A stretch of 64,000 nucleotides of DNA, taken from sequence record MZ779063.1. The stretch is one strand, 5' to 3'. The DNA comes from Staphylococcus phage vB_SauM-UFV_DC4. The notes below the pieces were generated by a model. The model was given only the letters and a program-made list of their open reading frames with translations, was not told where the DNA came from and did not search any database. The stretch's first letter is position 1. Each line of letters begins with the position of its first letter. Shown here in pieces: positions 26,937 through 36,305 of the stretch. The position numbers and the translations under genes were made by a program.

Positions 26937-26955
26937 TTAGGAGAGTGAAGAGGAT

Positions 26956-27345
26956 ATGGGAAGTTTAATAGGTTTAATTATACTAATAGTAAATTCACTA
27001 TTAGCATCAATTTTTATTTTTAGTAACTTAGGGAAAATGGGTAAATTTAAAAACAGTTTATGGGTTCCAATTGAAAGAGAAATAAAAAATAGAATGAAAT
27101 TCTTAATGACTATTAATTTTATTCTATTTCTATCATCATTAATATTATTATTTAAAAATATTATATCAGCTCAAGTATCATTATTATCAATAATTATATT
27201 TGGGGGAGTATTTATATTCTTTTTATTTAAGTTAATGAGAGACAATCAGCATTTTAGTAAGAGTAACAAATTTTACAATGTAATATACATGTCAAGTTTA
27301 TTTTTAGTAACGGTAGATGTTTTACTATCATTCTATAACCTATAA
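26956..27345 (+). CDS. membrane protein (3-4 TM)
   Basis: Leader TAGGAGAGTGAAGAGGATATG; multiple hydrophobic helices. Confidence 0.6.
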   Translation: MGSLIGLIILIVNSLLASIFIFSNLGKMGKFKNSLWVPIEREIKNRMKFLMTINFILFLSSLILLFKNIISAQVSLLSIIIFGGVFIFFLFKLMRDNQHFSKSNKFYNVIYMSSLFLVTVDVLLSFYNL

Positions 27346-27378
27346 AAGATTAAAGAAATATATAAGTTAAATAAAGAT

Positions 27379-27409
27379 GAGGTAATGGCAAATTATATGT
27401 CATTACCTC
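27379..27409 (+). promoter_or_regulatory. hairpin GAGGTAATGGCA-N7-TGTCATTACCTC (family copy 4), preceded by a degenerate promoter motif TATATAAGTTAAATAAAGATGAGG
   Basis: Stems identical to the other copies. Confidence 0.5.
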
Positions 27410-27434
27410 CAATATACTATAAGGAGAGTTTAAA

Positions 27435-28526
27435 ATGAAAAAATCATTAATAACAGCATCATTATTAAGTACGGTAATACTGTTGGGAGCATGTGGAAAC
27501 GAAGGATCATCATCAGAGAATAAAGGGTCAAACTTAAAACCAGAAAAGCAAGAAGAAATTTATTCTAAAGAAGCAAAATTATTAGGTAAAGCAATAAGTA
27601 ATGAAGATGCTATGGATGATTCTACAAATAAAGTTTCAGATGATTTTAAGAAATCTTTAGACAGATATGAAGATAAAACTAAAAATTTAGATAGCGTAGA
27701 TACTCAAGTTGGTGATTTAACTTTAAGAGTTGGAAAATCTATTGAAATCATGAGTGAACGCATGTATGAATTAGATAAGTTCAATAAAGATAATCCAGAT
27801 AAAGAAATGGAATACAATCTAGCTCTTGTTGATGTTGGAATTAATACTGCTCAATCTCTAGAAAGTATAAATGAAGATTATGAATCAATCGATGTATCAT
27901 ATAAAAATGAAACTATCGGTAAGAAAGCTAATGAAGAAGTAACTGATGTTTTATCAACTTTCCCAGCATATGAACTTGATGAATTGATAGATGATTATGG
28001 AACTGGCATTGTTGGAAATGATGAAACAGATCTAACACAAGAACAACAAAAAGTATTATCAGACACTAAATATCGAGATGAACTTAAAAAAGAAGTAATG
28101 ACTCAAGAAGAACCAGACACTTCTAAAAATGAATATAATGAATCTGTGAATATGTTTAATAAATTTGCACCAGAATTCCTTCATTATAAAGAAGTAGATG
28201 AAATGGTATCTTCAACAGAAAATAACAATATGATGGATATCAGAAATGCTGTTGTAAGTGCTAATACAGATGCTGGAGTAGATAGTTATGAAGATATGGA
28301 AGAAGATGCTGAATCATTAGAAGATGATACTGAGAGTATCGAAGATGAAGAAAGCTCAGATGACGAAGGATATGATATTGATGGCTGGTCTGCAGAATCT
28401 TATAATGAATTAGTAGATGAATATAACGCTCTTACCGATGGTGAAAAAATGGATCACGTAGATGAAGATGTATCTAATATTGAATATGAACAATTAGAAG
28501 AAAGAGTCGCAAAATTAGAAGAATAA
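27435..28526 (+). CDS. lipoprotein with acidic C-terminal region
   Basis: MKKSLITASLLSTVILLGACGNEG with lipobox LGAC; D/E-rich tail. Confidence 0.65.
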   Translation: MKKSLITASLLSTVILLGACGNEGSSSENKGSNLKPEKQEEIYSKEAKLLGKAISNEDAMDDSTNKVSDDFKKSLDRYEDKTKNLDSVDTQVGDLTLRVGKSIEIMSERMYELDKFNKDNPDKEMEYNLALVDVGINTAQSLESINEDYESIDVSYKNETIGKKANEEVTDVLSTFPAYELDELIDDYGTGIVGNDETDLTQEQQKVLSDTKYRDELKKEVMTQEEPDTSKNEYNESVNMFNKFAPEFLHYKEVDEMVSSTENNNMMDIRNAVVSANTDAGVDSYEDMEEDAESLEDDTESIEDEESSDDEGYDIDGWSAESYNELVDEYNALTDGEKMDHVDEDVSNIEYEQLEERVAKLEE

Positions 28527-28539
28527 CGGAGGAAATTAA

Positions 28540-29946
28540 ATGAAGAGAATCTTTAAAAGTTTAACTCTTTATATCTTTTTATTTGTTTTAGCTTCTTTAA
28601 CCTTATTTTTAGGGTTTAAAGAAGCTATTAATTATATCATATTGGGATTATTAACTTTCTTATTAATCCTTTCTTTTTACTTCTTATTAAGTTATGCATA
28701 TAATTTAATTATATCATTATTTGGATATAAGAAATTAAAAAGAGATTATGATATTATAGCACCTAAAACTAGATTTTTAATAATGGTAGCTGCTCATAAT
28801 GAAGAGACCGTTATTAGAGAAACTATTAAAAATCTTAAAAAGATTAATTATGACAAAAGCATGTTTGATATCTGTATAGTTTCAGATAATTCTACAGATA
28901 ATACAACAAATATTGCTTTAGAAGAAAATGTTATTGTTGTAGATACGATTAAAGGAAGATTTGAAAGAGAAGGCGTTGGAAAACCAGCAGGATTACAATA
29001 TGCATTAAGAGAATTAGGATTTGAAAGTATAAAAAATAAATACGATTTAGTAATGGTATTGGATGCAGATAATTTTGTTAGTCCTAATATATTAAGAGAA
29101 GTAAATTCTCAATATATCGCTAAGAATAAACCTGAAGCAATTCAAGTCTATTTAGATAGTAAAAATTATGATAGTATGATGTCTTTAGCATATAGTGCAG
29201 TATTTTGGACTAATAATAAATTTATTCAAGCGGCTAAATATAGATTAGGTTTACCGAATTCAATCGGAGGAACAGGTTTCTCAGTTAGATCAGATTATCT
29301 TATTGATAGTGGAGGATTTAACTATGAATCATTAACAGAGGATTTAGAAATGGAAGTTGAAATAGTTAGCAATGGTGGAAGAGTTTTATGGAATGATTTT
29401 GCGTCTATTTATGATGAAAAACCAGAAGGATTGAAAGTTTCTATGGTCCAACGTTTGAGATGGGCTAAGGGTCATTTTTACGTAGGATATAAAAATTTCT
29501 TTCCATTATTAAAATTATTCGCAAAGACATTTAATATTAAATATATAGATAAAATAGTTTTCCTTATGACAATGGGAAGAAGTTTACATTTAGCATTAAT
29601 GTTATTAGTTATATCATTGCAAGGGTTATATTTATATTTAAATAATAAAACAGAAATTATCATAAATAATTTTCATTATCCAACTGTATTACAATTATTA
29701 AATGATAATTTCTTATTTTTAGGAATTTTTAATGCTATTCTATTAAGTTACAGTTTCTTATTTTTACCATTATATTCTATATATAATAAAATAAAGAGTA
29801 AAAATATAATTAAGAATGCAATATCATTTTTATATTACGTAGTAACTGATTTTATAGTTCAAACTCAAGCAATATTTGTTTGGAAAGAACAAAAGAACTG
29901 GGTAAGAACTCCTCATGATAAAAATAAAATAAAAACAGACAAATAA
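28540..29946 (+). CDS. integral-membrane processive family-2 glycosyltransferase (IcaA/PgaC/NodC/HasA-like synthase)
   Basis: LIMVAAHNEE, CIVSDNSTDNT, LDADNF, GGTGFSVRS, LTEDLEMEVE and QRLRWAKG (QxxRW) in order; 2 N-terminal and several C-terminal TM helices. Confidence 0.75.
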   Translation: MKRIFKSLTLYIFLFVLASLTLFLGFKEAINYIILGLLTFLLILSFYFLLSYAYNLIISLFGYKKLKRDYDIIAPKTRFLIMVAAHNEETVIRETIKNLKKINYDKSMFDICIVSDNSTDNTTNIALEENVIVVDTIKGRFEREGVGKPAGLQYALRELGFESIKNKYDLVMVLDADNFVSPNILREVNSQYIAKNKPEAIQVYLDSKNYDSMMSLAYSAVFWTNNKFIQAAKYRLGLPNSIGGTGFSVRSDYLIDSGGFNYESLTEDLEMEVEIVSNGGRVLWNDFASIYDEKPEGLKVSMVQRLRWAKGHFYVGYKNFFPLLKLFAKTFNIKYIDKIVFLMTMGRSLHLALMLLVISLQGLYLYLNNKTEIIINNFHYPTVLQLLNDNFLFLGIFNAILLSYSFLFLPLYSIYNKIKSKNIIKNAISFLYYVVTDFIVQTQAIFVWKEQKNWVRTPHDKNKIKTDK

Positions 29947-29975
29947 TATTTATAAATTAAAGGGGATATTTTGAT

Positions 29976-30584
29976 ATGCATATTAAAAAATTTAATGATT
30001 CACAATTACACTTTATATCTAAAATGATTGACATAGGTTATAATAATAAAATTATTCTCGTATTATTCAAAAAAGAGTTCAATGTAGAAACAATATCTAC
30101 TTATATAACACAAGTTCGTAGAGGACATCAAGGAAAGGATATTAGTCAAAATTATAAATTTGCTATTGACGGAAACTATCCAACTTACTATGAATGGGTA
30201 GAATATTTAATTGAGAATGATATCTATTATGGGACTAAATTTGAAGAATTTGGAAATTATATTAAAAATAAAATTGAAGAAGACAATTTATTTTTAATTA
30301 CTAAAAGTAATACATTTAAATTGATTGCATATTTACAAGAAACTGATAACGGATTTAAAATAGTAAAATCAATAGATGATAAAGTAATTGATGAAAAATT
30401 TACACATGATGTTGAAATTAAAGTTGATAATATGAATAAGGTAAATCTAGAAAATAAAAATTCTTATATACTTTTAAATATTGACATTTCAGATAAATAT
30501 ATGGTACTAATGTATATACTTTTATATTCAATTAAAGGCATTGATTCTATAATAAATTATCATTTATATAACGACAAAAATTAA
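29976..30584 (+). CDS. hypothetical protein
   Basis: 202-aa ORF, RBS AAAGGGGA. Confidence 0.55.
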   Translation: MHIKKFNDSQLHFISKMIDIGYNNKIILVLFKKEFNVETISTYITQVRRGHQGKDISQNYKFAIDGNYPTYYEWVEYLIENDIYYGTKFEEFGNYIKNKIEEDNLFLITKSNTFKLIAYLQETDNGFKIVKSIDDKVIDEKFTHDVEIKVDNMNKVNLENKNSYILLNIDISDKYMVLMYILLYSIKGIDSIINYHLYNDKN

Positions 30585-30599
30585 TTAAGGAGAGATTGA

Positions 30600-30917
30600 A
30601 TGTTTTCAATAACTATAATATTAATGATAGCACTATTAGTAGTGCTATCATGTTATACTCATAAATTAAATAAAGAGAATAAAGATGTAGATTTAACCGA
30701 AAATATGCCTAGATATGCTATGGCAAACAGAAATGCTAAATTAATCTATATTAAAGCAGATTCTAAAAGTTATTTAAACTATCAGATTAACGAATTCAAA
30801 AATAATAAAAGATTCAAAGATTATGGTTACGAAATTGATAAAGTTGATTGGAATGGAAATATTGTTCATGAGAGTAGAGATAGTGACCTCAAATTAATTA
30901 AAGATCGGAGAAAATAA
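30600..30917 (+). CDS. small membrane-anchored protein
   Basis: N-terminal TM ITIILMIALLVVLSCY; RBS AAGGAGAG. Confidence 0.55.
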   Translation: MFSITIILMIALLVVLSCYTHKLNKENKDVDLTENMPRYAMANRNAKLIYIKADSKSYLNYQINEFKNNKRFKDYGYEIDKVDWNGNIVHESRDSDLKLIKDRRK

Positions 30918-30919
30918 TT

Positions 30920-31462
30920 ATGGGATTAATAGTAATTACATTATCCTTCACTACACTTATTCTTATTGTAATTATTCTCTTACAAGCAAATCAAATAAAA
31001 AATATTAATAAAAATAATAACAGATATTTTAAAGAAGACGAATTTCATAATAGCCAAGATATTTTTGGGTATAATGAAAAAGGAATTATGGGTTTTTTAA
31101 ATATGTCTTTTGCATTAGTTTCAGAATATGATAAAAAAGAAAGATTGTATGCAGGTCATTATTTATTAAAAAATATGGATGCGAAATTTTTGATATTTGA
31201 TCCTAACCATGAAACATATAAAGAAGTAACTTCAAAAGAACTACTGTTAGAAAAAGATAAAAGAGAATATCTTTTTTCAAAACAAATAGAAAGACCTAAA
31301 TTTTATGATCATTGGTCTAATTTAATTCAAACTAATAAAAAACTTAACGTTAAGAATTTGAAAAAATTAACGAATAAATACGACAATATTCTAAAACAAA
31401 AATTTGACTTAGAACAGATTAATGAATTTAAAGATTATATGGAAGGAAGAATTACTTTATGA
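30920..31462 (+). CDS. membrane-anchored protein, paralog of 24917..26092
   Basis: N-terminal TM; conserved blocks as listed for 24917; preceded by repeat AAAGATCGGAGAAAATAATTATG. Confidence 0.6.
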   Translation: MGLIVITLSFTTLILIVIILLQANQIKNINKNNNRYFKEDEFHNSQDIFGYNEKGIMGFLNMSFALVSEYDKKERLYAGHYLLKNMDAKFLIFDPNHETYKEVTSKELLLEKDKREYLFSKQIERPKFYDHWSNLIQTNKKLNVKNLKKLTNKYDNILKQKFDLEQINEFKDYMEGRITL

Positions 31463-31599
31463 CAGTATTAATAATATTATCCATAATGACTTTTTTAGTT
31501 GTAGCATTTGGCATTATTGAGAAAGATGTTGATATCCTTGCAACTGGAGCTTTAATTGCATGTTTGGCATTGTTTTACGTAGCTTTTGAGATAATCTAA
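31459..31599 (+). CDS. small membrane protein (46 aa); not in the track
   Basis: ATG overlaps the upstream TGA (ATGA); MTVLIILSIMTFLVVAFGIIEKDVDILATGALIACLALFYVAFEII. Confidence 0.4.
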   Translation: MTVLIILSIMTFLVVAFGIIEKDVDILATGALIACLALFYVAFEII

Positions 31600-31632
31600 A
31601 AAAAAAAAATAAAAAGATCGGAGAAAATAATT

Positions 31633-31806
31633 ATGATTATAGCACCTATTTTATTGATAATATCTGTTTTTCTAATAATAGCTTCATTGATATCTTTTGT
31701 TATAACAGTTATAACTTTTAATGAAGGGTTAGTCTCTTTAATAATTGCAGTTGCAGGAGGTATAGTTTTCTTATTATCTTGTGTATTTGGAATAATGGGT
31801 TTATAA
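31633..31806 (+). CDS. small membrane protein (57 aa); not in the track
   Basis: Preceded by the repeat AAAGATCGGAGAAAATAATTATG; two hydrophobic helices. Confidence 0.45.
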   Translation: MIIAPILLIISVFLIIASLISFVITVITFNEGLVSLIIAVAGGIVFLLSCVFGIMGL

Positions 31807-31830
31807 AATTAAAGATCGGAGGAAATAATT

Positions 31831-32022
31831 ATGGGTACATTTTTGGCGATATCACTCTTAGTGTCTTTTGGATTAACTTTAATCTTCTTTTTATTAATAG
31901 CTGTATTTGATGATTCGGACATATTATTAGCGATAACTATTATTTTGGCTATAATAACTGTAGTATTATTTATAGCATTAGGTATATTTGCTATACTTGA
32001 CGAAAGTCAATTCTATTATTAA
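31831..32022 (+). CDS. small membrane protein (2 TM)
   Basis: Preceded by the repeat AAAGATCGGAGGAAATAATTATG. Confidence 0.55.
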   Translation: MGTFLAISLLVSFGLTLIFFLLIAVFDDSDILLAITIILAIITVVLFIALGIFAILDESQFYY

Positions 32023-32051
32023 GAGTAAATATTAAGAGAGGATGGTTAGAT

Positions 32052-32321
32052 GTGAATTTATTTAATTTATTTAAAAAAGAAGATAAAAGATTAGCATTAA
32101 TAAGAAATAAATTTGATGAAGAAAAAATTACTGCAGTAGTCAGACAAGAAGGTAAAAAAATTGAAGTGGAATATTTATTGTTTAATGATGAAAATTGCAT
32201 GATGAGACCTTCTTATTATTCTGAAGAAGATCGTTTAGAAGTAGAAAACAAAATAAAAGCTGTTATGGCATATTATGGTTATTTAGATAATGACTTTATT
32301 ATGTATGCAGATGTAATTTAA
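32052..32321 (+). CDS. hypothetical protein (GTG start)
   Basis: 89-aa ORF, RBS AGAGAGGATGG. Confidence 0.45.
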   Translation: MNLFNLFKKEDKRLALIRNKFDEEKITAVVRQEGKKIEVEYLLFNDENCMMRPSYYSEEDRLEVENKIKAVMAYYGYLDNDFIMYADVI

Positions 32322-32346
32322 TTATATTAAAAGAGGTGTTTAAGTA

Positions 32347-32430
32347 ATGATAACGACATACATCATATTTTCAATTTTAGTACTAGTTTTAGTTAATATT
32401 ATTTCATACAAAAAATCAAAAGCAAAATAA
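32347..32430 (+). CDS. tiny hydrophobic peptide (27 aa); not in the track
   Basis: RBS AAAAGAGGTG; MITTYIIFSILVLVLVNIISYKKSKAK; immediately followed by a strong terminator. Confidence 0.3.
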   Translation: MITTYIIFSILVLVLVNIISYKKSKAK

Positions 32431-32440
32431 ATTAAAAATT

Positions 32441-32473
32441 GGAACTAACCTTTTTATATGAGAGGTTAGTTCC
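32441..32473 (+). terminator. strong intrinsic terminator GGAACTAACCT/AGGTTAGTTCC followed by a T9 run
   Basis: Stem read directly, followed by TCATATTTGATTTTTTTTT. Confidence 0.8.
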
Positions 32474-32580
32474 TCATATTTGATTTTTTTTTATAAAAAA
32501 TAGAGATTGATTATTTATTTTATAAGTGTATATTAATTTCATATACTTAGAAAAAACTTTTAATTTTTAAGGAAAATTTC

Positions 32581-32609
32581 TAGCTTTTTTATAAAAAATT
32601 TGTTATAAT
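32581..32609 (+). promoter_or_regulatory. sigma-A-like promoter: TAGCTT - 17 nt - TATAAT with extended -10 TGtTATAAT, inside conserved element CTAGCTTTTTT
   Basis: Consensus -10 with TGn; the same upstream element recurs at 49131-49163. Confidence 0.45.
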
Positions 32610-32654
32610 AAATAACGTTATAGTATTAAATAATTTTTGGAGAGTGAATGTTAA

Positions 32655-33956
32655 ATGTCAAAATTAACTAGCAAAATTAATGATTTGATTAAATCAAATC
32701 CATCAGTATACGGTAAAGAAGATAATTACACACCTATGTATGAATCAGGAATTGACTTATTAGATTATAGAAATGGTTTCTTAAACACTGTTACAGATGA
32801 TGAACGCATTGGATTAATGGGTGGTAAAGTAACTACATTTATCGGTGGATCTGGTTCAGGTAAAACAACACTTGCTATTCAAGCAGCAGCAAGAATTGTT
32901 GAAAAATATGAGAACTCAAGTGTTATTCATTATGACTTTGAAGATGCAACTACTGATGAACGTATTTATCAAGTAACAGGTTGGTCTAAAGAAATGAAAC
33001 AAGAAAAATACACTAAATTAAATAAAAAGATTAGTTTAGATTCAGTAGATCAATTAATTCGTGGTATCCGTGATACTAAATTAGAAAATGAAGAAGAATT
33101 CACTATCCATACAGATAAAATTGATCCAGAAACTGGTGAAAAAGTTTCATTCATGGCTCCAACAGTAGTTATCATTGACTCTGTTGCTACAATGGCTTCT
33201 AAAGAAATTGATGATAAAGACGGTGAAGGTGGACAAATGAATGCCACTAAACAAGCTAAAGATAATACAACATTCATTAAACGTATTATCGGTTCATCTA
33301 CATTAAATTCAGCGAATATTATGCTTATTTTAATTAATCATATTACAACTAAAATTGATATCAATCCATATGCAGCTACACCTAAAGAATTAAACTATCT
33401 TAAACAAGGTGAAGCATTACCAGGTGGTAAAGCAATCAACTATATGGCAAATAACATGTTTAAAATTAGTCCTTCACAAGCTTTAGATCCAGAAGGAAAT
33501 TCTAATCAAGCTAAATATGGAATTAAAGGTTTTATCAATACAGTTGAAGTTATTAAATCACGTTCAAATGCAGCTGGTGCTAAATTTGATTTAATCTTTG
33601 AACAAAAGAATGGTTTTAATAACGCTTTATCAAATCTATTGTTCTTACAAAGTGAAAAAATGCTTAAAGGTAATCCAAGAGCATATCGTATTGATGGCTA
33701 TGATGATGTTAGCTTTACACTTAAAACATTTATGGATAAATATGAGAGTAATAAAGATTTTAAAGAATACTTTGACAAATATGTTAAAGGTATTTATAAA
33801 GAAAAATTCTTAGCTAATATTGAACATGAATCTAGTTTGGATAATGAAGAATTAGAATTGGTTGAATTAGTTAATAAAGATGAAGATATTTGGTTAGGTT
33901 CAGATGGCAATTATTATGATTCTGATAAAAATGCTATAGAAGTATCTAAAGATTAA
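32655..33956 (+). CDS. UvsX/RecA-family recombinase
   Basis: Walker A GGSGSGKTT in a RecA-like context (LMGGKVTTFIGGSGSGKTTLAIQAAARIV); YDFEDATTDERIY and LILINHITT parallel T4 UvsX blocks. Confidence 0.7.
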   Translation: MSKLTSKINDLIKSNPSVYGKEDNYTPMYESGIDLLDYRNGFLNTVTDDERIGLMGGKVTTFIGGSGSGKTTLAIQAAARIVEKYENSSVIHYDFEDATTDERIYQVTGWSKEMKQEKYTKLNKKISLDSVDQLIRGIRDTKLENEEEFTIHTDKIDPETGEKVSFMAPTVVIIDSVATMASKEIDDKDGEGGQMNATKQAKDNTTFIKRIIGSSTLNSANIMLILINHITTKIDINPYAATPKELNYLKQGEALPGGKAINYMANNMFKISPSQALDPEGNSNQAKYGIKGFINTVEVIKSRSNAAGAKFDLIFEQKNGFNNALSNLLFLQSEKMLKGNPRAYRIDGYDDVSFTLKTFMDKYESNKDFKEYFDKYVKGIYKEKFLANIEHESSLDNEELELVELVNKDEDIWLGSDGNYYDSDKNAIEVSKD

Positions 33957-34109
33957 TTTTTCAAAAGGGATAATTCCAATGAAGATAATATACTTCATTG
34001 GAACCCTTTAATTCAAATTTTGGTTCAAATATATATTATAAGATTGTAGAATATTAAGAGCATGATATTCTATAAATATATTCATTATTATAGGAGAGTG
34101 TATTAAGAT

Positions 34110-36251
34110 ATGACAAAAGACAAAACACAAAGAATGGTAGAAATTGAAGATAAGCGAAGTCATGAGTTTTTATCAGAACCTCTATTAATGCCTAATGTTA
34201 ATAGAACTAATGGTAACAGATCTCAAATGTTTACATCTCACATTGGTCAATGTATTCAATTAACTGGAGCTGAACCACCTTTGATTCAAACTGGTTTTGA
34301 AAATCAAGTAGGTAAATATTCAACTGGATACAAAAAAGCTAATAGAGATTTTGAAGTTATTTATAAATTTGAAAAGAATAAGTACGTTAATTACTATTTA
34401 ATTAAGTACAAAGATAATGATGAATATGATGTAATTATTAGAGAAGAAGCTAATCATTTAGCTGAGAAGTTCGGAAATAAATATAATAATGATGAAATTG
34501 ATAAACTAAAAGTTGGAGATACAGTTAGTAAAGAAACTGTATTATTTAAGGATCAAAACTATGATGAAGATAATAATTTCCAATATGGTGCTAATGCAAC
34601 TTCTGTATTCTTACCATTCAAAGGCATGACGAATGAGGACGGAATTGTAGTATCAGAATCATTAGCAGAGAAAATGTCAAGTTATTTTGTAAATGTAATC
34701 AATATCACTATCAATACAAACGATATTCCTTTAAATTTATATGGAAATGAAGATGAGTATAAATCATTTCCAGATGTAGGTGAAGAAGTTCAAAATGGAG
34801 TATTGTGTGCAACTCGTAGATTGAATTACGATGAGATTATTCATAAATTTAAAAATGAAATGCTTACTAAAACATTAGAAGATGATAATGCTTATAAAGT
34901 TCACGGTAAAGTTATTGATATTGATGTACTTAATAATGAAGATATTGAAAAATTAGAAAATCAAAAATATTCAGAGCAATTTGTTAAGTATATTAAAGAA
35001 TTAAGACACTTTTATAAAACATTTGTAACTGTTACAGATGATATTGTACGTAAAAAGAAATTTAGTAATGATTTAATTAGAATTCATAATAAATTTAAAG
35101 GTTATATTGATAATAATGCTAAATTAGTTTATGATAATAATCAATTTGATAAAATCATCTTCAGAGTTAAAGTTTTAGAAAAGAAACCTTTAGTTCATGG
35201 ATCGAAAATCACCACACGCTATGGGGGTAAAGGAGTCGTAGCTGAAATTGTACCTGATGATCAAATGCCAATGATCACAGAGTTCGATGGAGAAGACTTC
35301 ACTAAAGATTCTACTAAAACACCAATTAGTAAACGAGTAGATTTAATCCATAATAATATGGGTATCATTAACCGTGGAAATCCATCAGCTTTAATTGAGT
35401 TAGAATTAAATCATGTATCAAATGTAATAAGACATCGTATAAGTAAATTAGATGATGTTAATCAACAGAAAGAATATCTATTAGGATATATTAAAGATGT
35501 AGATAAAATTTCATATGATAATTATGTTAAATTATTTAATCAATTAGATTTATCTGAAACTAAAGAAGCTATTAATGAAATTATTAAAGAAGGTATTGTA
35601 TTACATCAAGCACCATTCTTTGGTAATATTGATTCAGAACAATTAAGATACGTATTTAATAAATATAATATTAAGAAAAATAGATTAAACATAAGTAATA
35701 GAACGTTCATGGTTGGAGATTTATATCACTTAAAACTTAAACACGAACCCTCAGGGAAATTAAGTGCAAAATCTCTAGACTTTAACAATTACAGTGGAAT
35801 ACCTACTAGAACCCCTGATAGTAAAAAGTACTTGTCAAGAATTAATAATAATCCACTCAGAATTGGCGAGATGGAAACGTCTAATATGATGATCGGTGGA
35901 TCTATTAAAGCAATCAATCAATTAACGAATATGTATTCAAATAACCCAGATATGCGTAAACGTTTATTAGTTGAATTGTATACAGGTAATCCATTTAAGA
36001 TTAATACAGAGAGTATACAAAAACGAACTCAAAATAATAATACTAAAGTACTTAATGCTTACTTTAGTCCATTGAATGTTAGTATGACATTTGATGAACC
36101 TGAAGAAGATGAATTACTAAATATTATGGATTTAAATGAAGATCAATTAGAATTCTTAATGGAAAAATACGAAAATTTAGATGATATCAATGATTTAACA
36201 CCTCAAGAAATAAATGGTTTAGTTAAAGAAATTATTGAAGAAAGTAAATAA
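34110..36251 (+). CDS. multisubunit RNA polymerase beta subunit, C-terminal fragment
   Basis: TRYGGKGVVAEIVPDDQMP resembles beta RHGNKGV; NPLRIGEMETSNM resembles beta GQRFGEMEVWAL. Leader ATAGGAGAGTGTATTAAGATATG. Confidence 0.75.
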   Translation: MTKDKTQRMVEIEDKRSHEFLSEPLLMPNVNRTNGNRSQMFTSHIGQCIQLTGAEPPLIQTGFENQVGKYSTGYKKANRDFEVIYKFEKNKYVNYYLIKYKDNDEYDVIIREEANHLAEKFGNKYNNDEIDKLKVGDTVSKETVLFKDQNYDEDNNFQYGANATSVFLPFKGMTNEDGIVVSESLAEKMSSYFVNVINITINTNDIPLNLYGNEDEYKSFPDVGEEVQNGVLCATRRLNYDEIIHKFKNEMLTKTLEDDNAYKVHGKVIDIDVLNNEDIEKLENQKYSEQFVKYIKELRHFYKTFVTVTDDIVRKKKFSNDLIRIHNKFKGYIDNNAKLVYDNNQFDKIIFRVKVLEKKPLVHGSKITTRYGGKGVVAEIVPDDQMPMITEFDGEDFTKDSTKTPISKRVDLIHNNMGIINRGNPSALIELELNHVSNVIRHRISKLDDVNQQKEYLLGYIKDVDKISYDNYVKLFNQLDLSETKEAINEIIKEGIVLHQAPFFGNIDSEQLRYVFNKYNIKKNRLNISNRTFMVGDLYHLKLKHEPSGKLSAKSLDFNNYSGIPTRTPDSKKYLSRINNNPLRIGEMETSNMMIGGSIKAINQLTNMYSNNPDMRKRLLVELYTGNPFKINTESIQKRTQNNNTKVLNAYFSPLNVSMTFDEPEEDELLNIMDLNEDQLEFLMEKYENLDDINDLTPQEINGLVKEIIEESK

Positions 36252-36258
36252 AACAAAT

Positions 36259-36291
36259 TGGAGTAATGATCATTATTTTGATCATTACTCC
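36259..36291 (+). terminator. intrinsic terminator GGAGTAATGATCA/TGATCATTACTCC
   Basis: 13-bp stem right after the RNAP beta-C gene. Confidence 0.6.
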
Positions 36292-36305
36292 TATATTTAA
36301 AGGAT

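Noticed and set aside
31601-31612. A11-A12 homopolymer (also A11 at 59447-59458) as a possible programmed slippage site
   Set aside because: Both lie in intergenic positions between small genes with no overlapping frames to fuse. They are more likely to be simple AT-rich spacers.
33598-33813. + strand ORF inside the recombinase gene in another frame
   Set aside because: It is fully nested in the UvsX-like ORF, has no RBS, and is M/K/L-rich noise.
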